Below are positions 10,096 to 21,748 of a stretch of DNA of 64,000 nt, piece by piece; positions within the stretch are counted from its first letter, which is position 1, and every line of letters begins with the position of its first letter. Below the pieces are notes generated by a model. It was not told the origin of the DNA. It worked only from the letters and a program-made list of their open reading frames with translations, and made no database searches. Made by a program: the position numbers and the translations under genes. The stretch lies in the NCBI GenBank assembly GCA_045639805.1, contig JAZUDS010000055.1, forward strand, positions 1,350 to 65,349. Reading direction: 5' to 3'. The stretch is from Alloprevotella sp. Lineage in GTDB: Bacteria > Bacteroidota > Bacteroidia > Bacteroidales > Bacteroidaceae.

Positions 10096-10305
10096 TGGTA
10101 CATTTCTGACGGCATTCGCGCCGCCTTGTTAAAGAGTTATTACATTTTTCCGGGCAAAGTTAAGTATTTTCAGCCGAAAATCAAAGCAAACTGCCCCTTT
10201 TCTTCTCCTTTAGGGCCGCTGAGGCTTAAAATAATCAGTCCAAGATGCGAAAATACGCCAACTTTATGTATATTTGCATGCAAATTTCACACATTATATA
10301 TATAT

Positions 10306-11676
10306 ATGAAGCACAAATCTCACTTCCTTCTGTTAATCCTTTGCCTCTTTTCAGTGAGCACGCTCTCCGCTTTTGGCGTGTCCGGCTCCATGGCTGAAGA
10401 TTCTCACTCTTCTTCCCACAAGGCCGACACCGCTGCTCCTGACAAGTATCTCGCAGCCCTCGACTCCTTGCGTAAGGCCTATCTCGACTGGAAGTATGAA
10501 GGCGGCGACACACTCTCCAATCCCTATCTCTTCCAGCTCCTTTCCTCCCCCACTTACTACAAGGATGCCACGCGCAAGACCCTTCTCCAGCCCGCCGACA
10601 CCCTTGGCGGTCCCGTGTCCCAGCAGGTGGAAGAGCGCACGCAGATGATAAACACCCTCCTCTCCAATGTCTATGCCACACAGCCGTGGCTCGTGCAGCG
10701 CGTGACCGATGCGCCCGACACGCTCCTCGCTGGTCCGGCCCCCGTCCCCGAGGCCGTAGCGCCTGCCCCCGCTCCTGAAGCGCCTGCCCCCGAGGCTGCC
10801 CCTGCAGAGACCTTCCTCGGCGACATGGATGCCTTCCATATCAAGGTGAGACGCCCCAACTTCTGGACAGTCAAGGGCAACTTCAACGTGCAGCTCCAAC
10901 AGACCTACATCTCCGACAACTGGTACCAAGGCGGCGACGACTCCTTCTCAGCCAACGGCCTTTTCACCCTGGAGGCCAACTACAACAACAAAAAGCGCGT
11001 CACTTGGGACAATAAACTCGAGGCGCGCCTCGGCTTCCAGACCATGCAGGGCTATTCCCTCAGCGGTCGATTCAAACCCACCACCGACCTCCTGCGCCTC
11101 ACCTCCAAGGTGGGCGTAAAAGCCTTCTCCCATTGGTATTATTCGCTCGCCCTCCAGTCGTGGACGCAGATGACCCAGGCCCGTGAGTACTATGATGATG
11201 GCGGTATTCAGCGCTACCGCGTATCCTCCGATTTTATGTCACCTTTCGAGGCCGTCCTCTCACTCGGTATGGAGTATAAACTCGAGAAAAAGCGCTTCAA
11301 CCTCGGTGCCAACTTCGCTCCTGTCGCCGTGAACTACAAGCACGTCAGCCGCTCCTTCTACAAGCCCGATCAGACGCTCTACTCCAAGTTCGGCCTTGAG
11401 CATCACGACCGTTTCGACTTCGGTTCCACACTCACGGTCAACGCTAAATGGGCTATTTGCAAGATGCTCACCTGGCAGGGGCGCCTTTATTTCTTTACCT
11501 CCTACCACCGCACTACCGCAGAATTTGAAAACACCATATCGCTCAAGGTCAACAAATATCTTTCCACCAATCTCTTCCTCTATCCCCGTTTCGACGACGG
11601 CGTGAAGCGCGGTGAAGCCCATGGCTACTTCCAGTTTAAGGAATACCTGGCCTTTGGCCTCGATGTAAGTTTCTAA
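10306..11676 (+). CDS. DUF3078-like outer-membrane beta-barrel protein
   Basis: Start moved to MKHKSH (signal peptide) after a TATATTTG box; SDNWYQGG, WDNKLEARLGF, YPRFDD; terminal Phe. Confidence 0.8.
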   Translation: MKHKSHFLLLILCLFSVSTLSAFGVSGSMAEDSHSSSHKADTAAPDKYLAALDSLRKAYLDWKYEGGDTLSNPYLFQLLSSPTYYKDATRKTLLQPADTLGGPVSQQVEERTQMINTLLSNVYATQPWLVQRVTDAPDTLLAGPAPVPEAVAPAPAPEAPAPEAAPAETFLGDMDAFHIKVRRPNFWTVKGNFNVQLQQTYISDNWYQGGDDSFSANGLFTLEANYNNKKRVTWDNKLEARLGFQTMQGYSLSGRFKPTTDLLRLTSKVGVKAFSHWYYSLALQSWTQMTQAREYYDDGGIQRYRVSSDFMSPFEAVLSLGMEYKLEKKRFNLGANFAPVAVNYKHVSRSFYKPDQTLYSKFGLEHHDRFDFGSTLTVNAKWAICKMLTWQGRLYFFTSYHRTTAEFENTISLKVNKYLSTNLFLYPRFDDGVKRGEAHGYFQFKEYLAFGLDVSF

Positions 11677-11750
11677 AACGTAGGATTTAGAACCAGTTTA
11701 AATGGACTAACCCTTGCCCCATAATCCATAACCCTTAACCCGCTTTCTTT

Positions 11751-11900
11751 ATGAGTTGCCTTCGTGTCCTTTTTTGTCTTTTGTTTCCGCCCCTTGCCGT
11801 TTACGACAAGGGCTGTGGTGCCATAACTATTACCTTTATCCTTACTTTGGCCGGATGGGTGCCGGGCGTAATAGCTGCCATCATCTTTTGCAAAGAATAG
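11751..11900 (+). CDS. YqaE/Pmp3 family small membrane protein (49 aa), missing from the ORF track
   Basis: Own translation MSCLRVLFCLLFPPLAVYDKGCGAITITFILTLAGWVPGVIAAIIFCKE carries the PPLAV...LTL.GW.PG.I.A signature. Confidence 0.85.
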   Translation: MSCLRVLFCLLFPPLAVYDKGCGAITITFILTLAGWVPGVIAAIIFCKE

Positions 11901-12018
11901 AAGCGGGTATCCGCGCTTCAGAATACTCCTTTCTGCCCCCTTCCCCGCATCCTCTTGCGATGCGGGAAGGGGGTAAGTCGTGTTTTATCCCTTTTATTCA
12001 ACTTTTGTAAGCCCTGTT

Positions 12019-12244
12019 CTGGCTGGAAGCCAGCACCTCGGTAACCGGTTGCATCGACGTAGGAGATGCTGCCGGATAGGAGTCTCACTCTCTACGCGTG
12101 CCTAGAAGGCACTACCTTGGGAAATACCTCGTACTTTTTGACAAAGGTACTGCCTTCCAGGCAACCACCTGTCTGCCAGTTATTCCGGGCACTTCGTGCC
12201 CGGTTTCTGACCGCCTCTTTGAGGCTGTAGTGCCTTCCAGGCAC
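12019..12244. repeat. REP/BIME-like palindrome cluster (GTAG/GTAC-TGCCTTCCAGGCA)
   Basis: Units at 12098-12115 (reverse), 12147-12163 and 12227-12244, a related unit at 12019-12036, and a hairpin at 12185-12203. Confidence 0.65.
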
Positions 12245-12258
12245 ACCCGCCGAAAGTT

Positions 12259-12384
12259 GAATCCCCTTTTACTTCAAACTAATCCCCTTTTAGTTTCACC
12301 GATGTCCCTATTAATTTTTCCGATGTCCCTTTTAATTCAAACTAAGTCCCATTTATTTTCACCGATGTCCCTTTTAGTTTGAAT
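12259..12384. repeat. 21-bp tandem array (GATGTCCCTTTTAATTTTTCC-like), about 6 units
   Basis: Unit starts at 12259, 12280, 12301, 12322, 12343, 12364. Confidence 0.85.
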
Positions 12385-12436
12385 TAAAAGGGGGATAGGG
12401 ACGCTTAAATCGCATATTAAAATAGGGGGAAGAAAT

Positions 12437-12464
12437 AAAAACGCAACACTTTGGGGTGTTGCGT
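12437..12464 (-). terminator. Intrinsic terminator for the DUF5715 gene
   Basis: ACGCAACAC/GTGTTGCGT stem with an A run on + (U tail on -). Confidence 0.7.
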
Positions 12465-12489
12465 CTATGTATGGAGGAGGGGAAACGGC

Positions 12490-13320
12490 TTATCGGCAAG
12501 TAATGTGGAAGCAGGGTTGCTTGCGCTCATACTTGACGTAGCAAGTACCTTTTTCTCGTAAGTCGCGGAGTACTTCTGCCAACACTTGCTTGAGCTGTAG
12601 GCCGTAAGGGCTGGCGGCAGAATCGGGTTGGCAAGACGCTCCCACGCGCGTGTAATAATTATAAGAGATGTCGAAGGTGGTGCCGTAGAGGTGGCAACTG
12701 TTGTTCTTGGCATTGGCGTTGCCACGGCGGAGGCGCTGCACATCATTGAGGGTGCGGAGGGCACTGCTCACCTCTATCTTGTGCGGAGGAAGCCCTTTGC
12801 AGAGGAGAGAATCTTGAAAATTTCGGGCTATGACGTTGAGCAGGCGGTCGGCACGGGGGACGAGGTAAGGCATTGAGCGCGTCATAGGGCGCAAATCAAA
12901 GAAAGGCGAGGCGCCGATATACACAAGTCCGGAGGCAGCGGCATCGACCTTTTCTTGAGACTGAATGGGACTTTTCAGACCGAGGCGGGTGGCGGTGGCA
13001 AGCTGGATGTCATTCTCGTCGGGGAAGGAACCAGAATAGTTTGGCACGCTCAGGATGGGATGCTTCACCGCGTGTCCCTGTGCATTGGTGTCAGGCGTAA
13101 AGGTGTGGGGAGTGCAAAAAAGGCTATCCACGCTCACGGCGTGGCGCAACACGGAGTCAGTGGGGAGAGTCAGCGCCGAAAGCGCGGCCTGCGCGCGATA
13201 GCGCTTCCACGTTCTGACGGGACGCACTACGCAGCACACCACGATGAGGGCAATGGTGAGAGGAACGAGACTCACGCGGCCCCAAAGTATCTTGCGCTTT
13301 CTTTTGTGGGTTTTACTCAT
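12490..13320 (-). CDS. DUF5715-like protein (peptidase M15-type metal motif)
   Basis: N-terminal TM helix, PYLVPRA, SSALRT, SCHLYGTTFDISY, YERKQPCFHIT. Confidence 0.8.
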   Translation of the reverse strand: MSKTHKRKRKILWGRVSLVPLTIALIVVCCVVRPVRTWKRYRAQAALSALTLPTDSVLRHAVSVDSLFCTPHTFTPDTNAQGHAVKHPILSVPNYSGSFPDENDIQLATATRLGLKSPIQSQEKVDAAASGLVYIGASPFFDLRPMTRSMPYLVPRADRLLNVIARNFQDSLLCKGLPPHKIEVSSALRTLNDVQRLRRGNANAKNNSCHLYGTTFDISYNYYTRVGASCQPDSAASPYGLQLKQVLAEVLRDLREKGTCYVKYERKQPCFHITCR

Positions 13321-13471
13321 GCTGAACTTCGTGTAAATTGTGGTGCAAAATTATTAAAAAAAAATGACATGGCGAAGTCGGGCGGCGAAAAAATTTTTTA
13401 AATGAGGGGATGGAGAAAACGATGCGGGATGAAAGAAATACTAAGTGTCTTTTGCGTTTTTAGTCACTTTT

Positions 13472-13534
13472 GCTCGGAAATACTCAAATTTCGCTGCGCT
13501 TATTTGGTATTTCGCTCGCTTATTCGTAACTTTG
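13472..13534 (+). promoter_or_regulatory. Hairpin promoter cassette, copy B, upstream of phoH
   Basis: GCTCGGAAATACTCAAA...TTTGGTATTTCGCTCGCTTATTCGTAACTTTG; one mismatch to the copy at 31137-31199. Confidence 0.8.
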
Positions 13535-13579
13535 TCGCGCAAAAAGAATATAAGACAGAGAAAATACTGAGAAGCCTAT

Positions 13580-14572
13580 ATGATAGAGCGACATTTCGTC
13601 ATTGAAGACGCCGACCCCGCCATACTTTACGGAGTGGGTAACCAGAATTTGCGCCTGCTGCGCGCCCTCTGCCCGAAACTGCGCATCATAGCCCGCGACA
13701 ACGTGGTGAAGGTGATGGGCGCAGAGGAGGATATGGCCTTTTTTGAGGACGTGTTCCGGCAGATGGAACGCCATTGTGCCACCTACAACCAACTGACGGA
13801 GGAAAATATCGTAGGCTTCGTGAAGGGACGCCAGCCCGTGGATGACGAGGGTCAGCCCCACGGCGTAATCGTCTATTCCACCTCGGGAAAAGCCATCACG
13901 CCCCGCTCTGAGAACCAGCGCCGCCTGGTGGAAGCCTTCAGGAAGGACGATATGCTTTTCGCCGTAGGGCCAGCCGGCAGCGGAAAGACCTATGTCGCCA
14001 TCGCCCTCGCCGTGAAGGCACTGAAGAATAAAGAGGTGAAGAAAATCATCCTTTCGCGCCCCGCCGTGGAGGCCGGTGAGAAACTCGGTTTCCTGCCCGG
14101 CGATATGAAAGATAAGATAGACCCCTATCTGCAGCCCCTCTACGACGCCCTGCAGGAGATGATACCCGGCGCGAAACTGCAGGAATACATGGAGCAGAAC
14201 GTCATACAGATAGCCCCGCTGGCCTTCATGCGCGGAAGAACGCTCAACGATGCCGTAGTCATCCTCGACGAGGCTCAGAACACCACCTCGGCGCAACTCA
14301 AGATGTTCCTCACCCGCATGGGCTGGAACACTAAGATGATAATCACCGGCGACTGCACGCAGATAGACCTCCCGCGCCAGACGCAGAGCGGCCTCGTGCA
14401 AGCCCTGCACATCCTGCGCGACATTCCCGGCATCAGTTTCGTGGAGATGGGCAGGGAAGACATCGTAAGGCACAAACTGGTCACCCGCATAGTGGAAGCA
14501 TACGACAAGAACAACCAACATAAAAAAGATGAAGAAACTACAGTTGCTGACGCTCCTGTTGCTGAAACATAG
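13580..14572 (+). CDS. phoH: PhoH family ATPase
   Basis: GPAGSGKT, SRPAVEAGEKLGFLPGD, AFMRGRT, DEAQN, GDCTQIDL, IVRHKLV. Confidence 0.95.
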   Translation: MIERHFVIEDADPAILYGVGNQNLRLLRALCPKLRIIARDNVVKVMGAEEDMAFFEDVFRQMERHCATYNQLTEENIVGFVKGRQPVDDEGQPHGVIVYSTSGKAITPRSENQRRLVEAFRKDDMLFAVGPAGSGKTYVAIALAVKALKNKEVKKIILSRPAVEAGEKLGFLPGDMKDKIDPYLQPLYDALQEMIPGAKLQEYMEQNVIQIAPLAFMRGRTLNDAVVILDEAQNTTSAQLKMFLTRMGWNTKMIITGDCTQIDLPRQTQSGLVQALHILRDIPGISFVEMGREDIVRHKLVTRIVEAYDKNNQHKKDEETTVADAPVAET

Positions 14573-14606
14573 AAAACAACAAAAAGAAAATATTACACTT
14601 AAACAA

Positions 14607-17600
14607 ATGAGAAAACTCGTATTGAGCATTATGACCATCTGCTGCATGGCCGCTTATGCCGCAGGTCTTCCCACTGCCAGCACGGCAGACAATCCAGTGT
14701 GGTATTTCGTGAAGTTTATGAACGGCAGTTGCGTGCTGCAAGCTGGCAATTCCGGAGCACAGGTGGCCACGGCCAACCAGACGGGCGACGATGCGCAACT
14801 GTGGCGCGTGGAGGGCAGTTCCTCGGCAGGCTACAAATTCATCAGCCGCAACGGAATGACGCTCTACACCAACACAACGGCCGTGAACGGCATGTTCTAT
14901 TCCTCCACCAAACCGTCCAGCAACACCTTATTTACTATAAAGGCCGCCACCCTGAACGGTTACACCGATGGCTTCACTATCTCGCCCAAAGCCAACGGCG
15001 GCGTGTATATGAACCAATGGGGTGGGGCAGGCGCCGGTAAGCAACTGGGCCTCTGGAGCAGCGTGGACAACAACTGCCCCCTGCAATTCCAGACCGTAGA
15101 GGAATATCAGGCCGAACTCAAACTGGCCTCCCTCCCGCTTATTCCTATGCCGAAGGAGGTGACACTTGTCGATGGCAGCGCTCCTCTTGCCTCGTTTGCA
15201 ACAATAGCCTATCCCGCCGCCGACTACGAACCGTTGGCCGCACAGTTTGCCGAACTTCTGAGCAAGGTTGGCGGTAAGACACTGGCCGTGAAGCAAGGCA
15301 CCGATGTGGCCGCCGGCACGATTACACTGGTCATTGACGGCACGATGAAGAGCGATGAGGCCTATCGCCTCAAAGTGAACGCTGACGCCTCAGCCGTAGT
15401 GACGGCCCGTGCTGCCCATGGCCTGTTCAATGGTCTTCAGACTCTGCGCCAGCTCTTCTATGATGCAAAGTACAACGGCGGCGGTAAGGTGCAGCTCGCC
15501 GAAATCACCGACGAACCGCTCTTTGGCTACCGTGGCTTTATGCTCGACATCGCCCGCCATTACTTCGACAAGCAGGAGGTGAAGAAACTCCTCGACGTGA
15601 TGGCGCTCTACAAAATCAATAAGTTCCACTGGCACCTGACCGATGATCAGGGCTGGCGTGTCGATATTCCCGAGTATCCTCTACTCGTTGAGGTGGGCGC
15701 TATCCGTGATAAGAGCGAGACGAGTGCCGGAACCAGTCCTTGGTTCTATGATGACACGGAGTATGGCCGCGGGATGTACTACACACTTGACGATTTGCGC
15801 GAAATCGTGGAATACGCCAAGAAACTCCATATCGACATCATGCCGGAGATTGACCTTCCCGGCCACATGGTAGCCGCCGTGACGAGCTATCCCAAAGAAT
15901 TCTCCTGCGATCCCTCCCAGACCTATAAAGTGCGCGTGGACCAAGGCATCAGCACAGACGTGCTCAACGTTGCCAAGCCCGAGGTGATGGACTTCCTCAA
16001 ATGCGTACTCGGTCATATAGCTGAAGTGTTCCCTTATCCCGTCATCCATATCGGCGGTGACGAGTGCCCCACTACGGCATGGAGCAATTGCAAGGACATT
16101 CCTGCCTTCCTCAAAGCCAACGGCCTTGCCGGCGTGAACGATATCCAGCCGTGGCTCGTCAACGAACTGGGCAAGTGGCTGAAGAAGGAGTATGGCAAGG
16201 ACGTGGTGTGCTGGAACGAACTGACAAACCACTGGAACAAGTCATATGAGACGCAGCCCATCATCATGTGCTACTCCGACTATGGACAGAACGCTATGAA
16301 GGCCGCCACGAACCTCGGCCTGCGCACCATCTACACGGGTTGCTGGCCCTTCTATCTGGATATGTACCAGACCTACGGCAACTACCAACAGGCCGCCGAC
16401 CATCAGTTTGATGAAATCTATCAGGGCGGTTATGGCAACAACACCCTGCAGGCTTGCTACAACGCTACGCCGTTGAGCAACATCGCCGGCAAGGAGAATC
16501 TCTGCCTCGGCGTGGGCGGTAACCTGTGGACGGAGACCTGCAGCAGCAACGCCGCAGCCGAACACCAATATTTCCCCCGTATGCTGGCCATTGCCGAAGT
16601 GGGCTGGCTGCCGCAGCAGAAGAAGAGCTGGCCCTCGTTCAGGGGCAGAGTGCAGACACACTTCAATGTGCTGGAAGAGTTGGGCGTGAACTACGCCACT
16701 TATGACAAGGAGGAATTATTGCCCGACCTCGTGGGTTGGGAAGAGGAACAAGAGGCCCTGCGCCTGCTGGCCGATGCCCAGCCCGACAAGGTGGGCTATC
16801 CCTCTGCTGGCGAGTATGAAAAACTGCGCGCAGCCCTCGCCACTCTCCAGGCCGACAGAAAAACCGTGACAGCCCTCAGCAATGCTATAGCCTCCTTCAA
16901 GGCCGCTCCCGTGACGCAGCCCGACCCCAACAAGACCTACCGCATTATTTCTGCCTCCGTCTATTACACGCAGCATTATGACGGCTCTGCCCTCTACCTC
17001 ACCGACGACGGCAAGAACTTCCGTTTTCACTACACCCAGCAGACGGAGCCCGAAGAACTCTTCCAGTTCGTGCCCTACAACAAGGACTTCCGCATTCAGA
17101 GCCGCTTCAACAGTCGCAAGCGTCTCAATCTGGGCACGCTCAACGCCAAGATAACCTCTTCCTCTCTCGGCACTACGCTGCGAATGGACGCTCCTACCGT
17201 AGCCAGCACCAGCCCTGCTTATTACGATTATGTGCCCGGTATGGTTATCCTCTCAGCCGTCAACGGCTATACCACGGATGGTGCCAGCAGCAAGCGTGTC
17301 AACGCTCAGCCCGACGGCTATGTGTATGTGAAAAGCGACGCCACCGTAGGCCATACGGGCTGCTGGCGCATAGAAGAAGTGACTGACTATGCAGCCGAGC
17401 TCCGTGCCCTCATCGCCAAGTGCGAGCGCCTCGGCATTCTGACGGATGAACTCGTGACGCCTGCCTCCTCCCTTGTGGTTGAGCGCGATGCTGCTGGCCA
17501 GACCATCAGCGTTGAAGAGTATGACGTCTATGCCGCCATCTATGCCGAGTATTGCGATGTGGAGTATATACCAACTGGCGTAGCCCAACTATCAACTCCT

Positions 17601-17699
17601 AACAGTCAACTTTCAACTACTTATGACTTGCAGGGCCGCCCCGCCACCGCTAACAGTGGCGTAGTGGTGGACGCTAATCAGAAAAAACTTGTTAAATAA
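14607..17699 (+). CDS. Secreted GH20 beta-N-acetylhexosaminidase with accessory domains and T9SS C-terminal signal
   Basis: Start moved to MRKLVLSIM (signal peptide); [31 protein letters not shown], catalytic HIGGDE, LWTE, FPR; C-terminal YDLQGR...KKLVK. Confidence 0.92.
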   Translation: MRKLVLSIMTICCMAAYAAGLPTASTADNPVWYFVKFMNGSCVLQAGNSGAQVATANQTGDDAQLWRVEGSSSAGYKFISRNGMTLYTNTTAVNGMFYSSTKPSSNTLFTIKAATLNGYTDGFTISPKANGGVYMNQWGGAGAGKQLGLWSSVDNNCPLQFQTVEEYQAELKLASLPLIPMPKEVTLVDGSAPLASFATIAYPAADYEPLAAQFAELLSKVGGKTLAVKQGTDVAAGTITLVIDGTMKSDEAYRLKVNADASAVVTARAAHGLFNGLQTLRQLFYDAKYNGGGKVQLAEITDEPLFGYRGFMLDIARHYFDKQEVKKLLDVMALYKINKFHWHLTDDQGWRVDIPEYPLLVEVGAIRDKSETSAGTSPWFYDDTEYGRGMYYTLDDLREIVEYAKKLHIDIMPEIDLPGHMVAAVTSYPKEFSCDPSQTYKVRVDQGISTDVLNVAKPEVMDFLKCVLGHIAEVFPYPVIHIGGDECPTTAWSNCKDIPAFLKANGLAGVNDIQPWLVNELGKWLKKEYGKDVVCWNELTNHWNKSYETQPIIMCYSDYGQNAMKAATNLGLRTIYTGCWPFYLDMYQTYGNYQQAADHQFDEIYQGGYGNNTLQACYNATPLSNIAGKENLCLGVGGNLWTETCSSNAAAEHQYFPRMLAIAEVGWLPQQKKSWPSFRGRVQTHFNVLEELGVNYATYDKEELLPDLVGWEEEQEALRLLADAQPDKVGYPSAGEYEKLRAALATLQADRKTVTALSNAIASFKAAPVTQPDPNKTYRIISASVYYTQHYDGSALYLTDDGKNFRFHYTQQTEPEELFQFVPYNKDFRIQSRFNSRKRLNLGTLNAKITSSSLGTTLRMDAPTVASTSPAYYDYVPGMVILSAVNGYTTDGASSKRVNAQPDGYVYVKSDATVGHTGCWRIEEVTDYAAELRALIAKCERLGILTDELVTPASSLVVERDAAGQTISVEEYDVYAAIYAEYCDVEYIPTGVAQLSTPNSQLSTTYDLQGRPATANSGVVVDANQKKLVK

Positions 17700-17704
17700 A
17701 CTAT

Positions 17705-18643
17705 ATGAAAGCTTTAACTTCAACCTCCTTCAACTTCCCCGGTCAGACGGGTGTTTACCACGGAAAAGTCCGTGACGTGTATAACCTTGGCGATAAGCTC
17801 GTGATGGTGGCTACCGACCGCATCTCCGCCTTCGATGTCATCCTGCCCGAAGGCATTCCCTACAAGGGGCAGATGCTCTCGCAAATAGCTGCCCGCTTCC
17901 TTGATGCTACCACCGACATCTGTCCCAACTGGAAACTTGCCACGCCCGACCCTATGGTCACCGTGGGTGTGTTCTGCGAGGGCTTCCCCATTGAGATGAT
18001 TGTGCGCGGCTATCTCTGCGGCAGCGCATGGAGAGCCTACAAGAGTGGTGTGCGCGAAATCTGCGGCGTGAAACTGCCCGAAGGTATGCGTGAGAACGAG
18101 AAGTTCCCCACGCCCATTATCACCCCGACCACCAAGGCTGAAATCGGTGAGCACGATGCCGACATCAGTAAGGAGGAAATCCTGGCCCGCGGTCTCGCCA
18201 CGCCCGAGGAATATGCCTTGCTGGAGAAATACACCCTCGCCCTTTTCCAGCGTGGCACCGAGATAGCCGCCAAGCGCGGTCTCATCCTTGTGGACACGAA
18301 GTACGAATTCGGCAAGCATAACGGCGAAATCTATCTGATGGACGAGATTCACACCCCCGACTCCTCCCGCTACTTCTACGCCGAGGGCTATGAGGAGCGC
18401 TTTGCCGCCGGCGAGCCCCAGAAGCAACTCTCCAAGGAGTTCGTCCGCGAATGGCTTATGGATAATGGCTTCCAGGGCAAGGAGGGCCAGAAGGTTCCCG
18501 AGATGACGCCCGAAATCGTGCGTGGCATCAGTGAACGCTACATTGAGCTCTTTGAGCACCTCACGGGCGAGACATTCCAGCGTGAAGACGATACTGACCT
18601 GGCAGCCCGCATAGAGAAAAATGTTATGGACTATCTTAAGTAA
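17705..18643 (+). CDS. purC: SAICAR synthase
   Basis: [43 protein letters not shown]. Confidence 0.96.
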   Translation: MKALTSTSFNFPGQTGVYHGKVRDVYNLGDKLVMVATDRISAFDVILPEGIPYKGQMLSQIAARFLDATTDICPNWKLATPDPMVTVGVFCEGFPIEMIVRGYLCGSAWRAYKSGVREICGVKLPEGMRENEKFPTPIITPTTKAEIGEHDADISKEEILARGLATPEEYALLEKYTLALFQRGTEIAAKRGLILVDTKYEFGKHNGEIYLMDEIHTPDSSRYFYAEGYEERFAAGEPQKQLSKEFVREWLMDNGFQGKEGQKVPEMTPEIVRGISERYIELFEHLTGETFQREDDTDLAARIEKNVMDYLK

Positions 18644-18649
18644 ACAACA

Positions 18650-19582
18650 ATGAAGAAACTGAATTACATCCTTGCAAGTGCTCTCATGGCATTTGCCCTT
18701 ATCACAATTGTTTCTTGTAGTAACGATGAGGATACTCCCCAAAGCATCGTAGCTAACACCTCTTGGCAGTGGGAGGATCCGACCCATGCGTCTTTTTTTC
18801 CGGGCTCTCTTGCACGCGAGGAGCGCAACTTGGTGCTCTACAGTAACGGCTACGCTCAGATGTTTGATGAAACCTGTATCTGGATGGGTACCGACACTCT
18901 GATGCACATAAAGGACTACCATCATTACACCTATACCTTTGACGCCGCCAACAATAAGGGAGTCCTATCCCTTTATGCCATGGAAACCTATCAGGAGGAC
19001 ACGCATTATATAGATTATATGGCGAAGGATTATAACTTCATCTACGACCCCATGGCCAATAAACTGACTGTCCAAGACAGCACTGTCATGGGTGATGGCC
19101 ACAAGGAATTGGTGGAACGTGTGTTTGACAATGTTGCCTTCAAGCAAAGCGAGCAGCCCCAGTTGCCCGAGACTCCGGCGCTTACTTTTGTGGTTCCCGT
19201 TACGGATTGGACCGCAGGAATAGCCGAAGTGCGTAAGTATATGGCCAAGAATCTGCCTGAATTCAAAGAGGAAGTCGATGAAACCATTGGCGGCACGCAT
19301 TACTATTTTAAAAATAAAAAAGAAACCATCTCATACGACTATGTTGTCAAGGAGGGTAAGTTAGTGTCTTCGTCAGTCACCTACTACGGCATGAATGCTC
19401 ACTTTGATTACTTCAAGTCTCAGGTGTCTGCCGTCTTTGATATTTGGTCTTGGGAGCAACAGCCTGGTGGACTGGGCGTTCATTGGTGGTATGGCACTTC
19501 CAAGAGCGCTAATGTAAGTATCGGTTGGAGCGACAATTATGGCGGATATATGTATGCCGATTTTTCGCCTCATGCAAACTGA
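18650..19582 (+). CDS. Hypothetical lipoprotein
   Basis: Lipobox IVSC followed by acidic SNDED export-type signal. Confidence 0.8.
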   Translation: MKKLNYILASALMAFALITIVSCSNDEDTPQSIVANTSWQWEDPTHASFFPGSLAREERNLVLYSNGYAQMFDETCIWMGTDTLMHIKDYHHYTYTFDAANNKGVLSLYAMETYQEDTHYIDYMAKDYNFIYDPMANKLTVQDSTVMGDGHKELVERVFDNVAFKQSEQPQLPETPALTFVVPVTDWTAGIAEVRKYMAKNLPEFKEEVDETIGGTHYYFKNKKETISYDYVVKEGKLVSSSVTYYGMNAHFDYFKSQVSAVFDIWSWEQQPGGLGVHWWYGTSKSANVSIGWSDNYGGYMYADFSPHAN

Positions 19583-19591
19583 TAATCCCAA

Positions 19592-20326
19592 GTGTACAAG
19601 CAAGAACAAATAAAGCCCTATTCCGATGAGGGCGAGAAGGCTGGTCAGGTGGAGCAGATGTTCGACAACATTGCTCCCACCTACGACCTTCTCAATCATC
19701 TCCTTTCCTTAGGCATCGACCGCCGCTGGCGTCGCAAGGCCCTCGATACACTGAAGCCCTACAAGCCTCAGCATATGCTTGACGTAGCTACGGGTACGGG
19801 AGACTTCGCCCTGCTCGCCGTCAAAAGGTTGGCGCCGCAGTCTTTGCTAGGCGTTGATCTAAGCGAGGGCATGATGAATGTGGCCCGCAAGAAGGTGGAG
19901 GAGGCCGGACTTTCCTCTGTCATCAGTTTTCAGAAAGAGGACTGCCTCAACCTCACGCTTCCCGACGACACCTTCGATGCCATCACCGTGGCCTATGGTG
20001 TGCGCAACTTCCAGGACCTGGAGCGCGGGCTCGGCGAGATGTTGCGTGTGCTGCGTCCCGGAGGCCGCCTCGTCATCATAGAACTTACCGCCCCGCGCCG
20101 CTTCCCGATGAAACAACTCTTTTGGTGTTACAGCCACGTGGTGATGCCCCTCATCGGCCGCCTTGTCAGTCGCGACAGTAAGGCTTACACTTATCTGCCC
20201 CACACCATGGAAGTCTTCCCGCAAGGCGAAGAGATGCAGAAAATCCTTGAAAAGGTAGGCTATACTGACGTGCAGTTCAAGAGGTTTACCTTTGGCCTCT
20301 CTACTCTTTATACCGCCGCAAAATGA
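19592..20326 (+). CDS. ubiE: Demethylmenaquinone methyltransferase UbiE/MenG
   Basis: [43 protein letters not shown]. Confidence 0.95.
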   Translation: MYKQEQIKPYSDEGEKAGQVEQMFDNIAPTYDLLNHLLSLGIDRRWRRKALDTLKPYKPQHMLDVATGTGDFALLAVKRLAPQSLLGVDLSEGMMNVARKKVEEAGLSSVISFQKEDCLNLTLPDDTFDAITVAYGVRNFQDLERGLGEMLRVLRPGGRLVIIELTAPRRFPMKQLFWCYSHVVMPLIGRLVSRDSKAYTYLPHTMEVFPQGEEMQKILEKVGYTDVQFKRFTFGLSTLYTAAK

Positions 20327-21051
20327 AGTCTTTCGGTCTCATCGGTCATCCCCTTGGCCACTCCTTTTCCGCCCGCTACTTTGCTGAGAAGTTTGCGGCA
20401 GAGGGTATTGAGGCCCGCTACGATAACTACGACCTTGCAGATATCTGCGAAGTAGAGAACTTGCGCCATCTCCACGGCTTCAACGTCACCATCCCCTACA
20501 AGCAAGCCATCATTCCCTACCTTGACGGCATGAGCGACGAGGCTCGCGCAATAGGAGCCGTCAATACAGTCCGCGTGGAGAATGGCCGCTTTTACGGATA
20601 TAACACGGATGTCATCGGCTTCTGCGAGTCCCTCCGCGACTGGCTGACAAAGGATAACGCCTCTGTCTGCTTGGCTCTCGTCCTCGGCACGGGTGGAGCC
20701 TCAAAGGCTGTATGCTACGCCCTCACCCAACTCGGCATAGCCTGGCAACTCGTAAGTCGCACACCCAAGGAAGGCTGTCTGACGTATAATGACCTCCGCA
20801 AGGAGACGGCCCTCGCCTCCATAGACCTCGTCGTCAACTGCACACCCCTCGGCACCTTTCCCAACGTGGACACTTGCCCCGACCTTCCCTACGAATCCTT
20901 CAACCCCGCCATTAGGCTCTACGACCTCGTTTACAATCCCGAGAAGACGCTCTTCCTCCGCCGTGGTCGTGAGCAAGGCGGCCCTGTCAAGAACGGCCTT
21001 GAGATGCTCCACCGACAAGCCGAAGCGGCGTGGAAAATATGGACCTTATGA
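20323..21051 (+). CDS. aroE: Shikimate dehydrogenase
   Basis: [45 protein letters not shown]. Confidence 0.95.
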   Translation: MKSFGLIGHPLGHSFSARYFAEKFAAEGIEARYDNYDLADICEVENLRHLHGFNVTIPYKQAIIPYLDGMSDEARAIGAVNTVRVENGRFYGYNTDVIGFCESLRDWLTKDNASVCLALVLGTGGASKAVCYALTQLGIAWQLVSRTPKEGCLTYNDLRKETALASIDLVVNCTPLGTFPNVDTCPDLPYESFNPAIRLYDLVYNPEKTLFLRRGREQGGPVKNGLEMLHRQAEAAWKIWTL

Positions 21052-21746
21052 GTAAATACAAAGATATCTTCCTTGATTTCGACGACACGCTCTATGATAC
21101 GCGTGGTAATGCTGAAATTGCGCTTACCGAACTTTACGACGAGCTCGGCCTCAGCCGCTATTTCCCAGCCCTTGAAGCCTTTACCGTTCCATACTGGCAA
21201 GCCAATATTGAACTTTGGGAGCAGTACAGCGCCGGCCAAATCACGCGCGACTATCTCATCGTTGAGCGATTCCGCCGTCCGCTTTCGCAAGGAAAGGGTC
21301 TGGAGGTTACACGCGACCTCTGCCTCCGTGCCAGCGATATCTTCCTTGGCCTTTGCGCCCACAAGCCCGGTCTCGTGGAAGGTGCCCGCGAGCTCCTCGA
21401 CTACCTGCATCCCCGTTACCGTCTCCACCTGTGCAGCAACGGCTTCCACGAGGTGCAGTACCACAAACTCCGAGCCTCCGACACGCTCCGCTATTTCACC
21501 ACGGTTATCCTCTCCGAGGATGCGGGGTATAACAAGCCCTCCGCCGAATACTTCGACTACGCTTTCCGCGTCTCGGGTGCCAATCCGGCCACGACCCTTA
21601 TGATAGGTGATAATCCCGTGACCGACATCCAAGGTGCTGCCCGTGCCGGCCTTGACACCATACTCTTTGAGCGTTGGGGACCCTCGCCCGAAACTGAGGC
21701 GACCTTCCGCGTAGCAAAATTGACAGACATTATTAATATATTATAG
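21048..21746 (+). CDS. YjjG-like HAD noncanonical pyrimidine nucleotidase
   Basis: DFDDTLYD, SNGF, KP and IGDNPVTDI motifs; ATGA overlap with the aroE stop. Confidence 0.9.
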   Translation: MSKYKDIFLDFDDTLYDTRGNAEIALTELYDELGLSRYFPALEAFTVPYWQANIELWEQYSAGQITRDYLIVERFRRPLSQGKGLEVTRDLCLRASDIFLGLCAHKPGLVEGARELLDYLHPRYRLHLCSNGFHEVQYHKLRASDTLRYFTTVILSEDAGYNKPSAEYFDYAFRVSGANPATTLMIGDNPVTDIQGAARAGLDTILFERWGPSPETEATFRVAKLTDIINIL

Positions 21747-21748
21747 GT

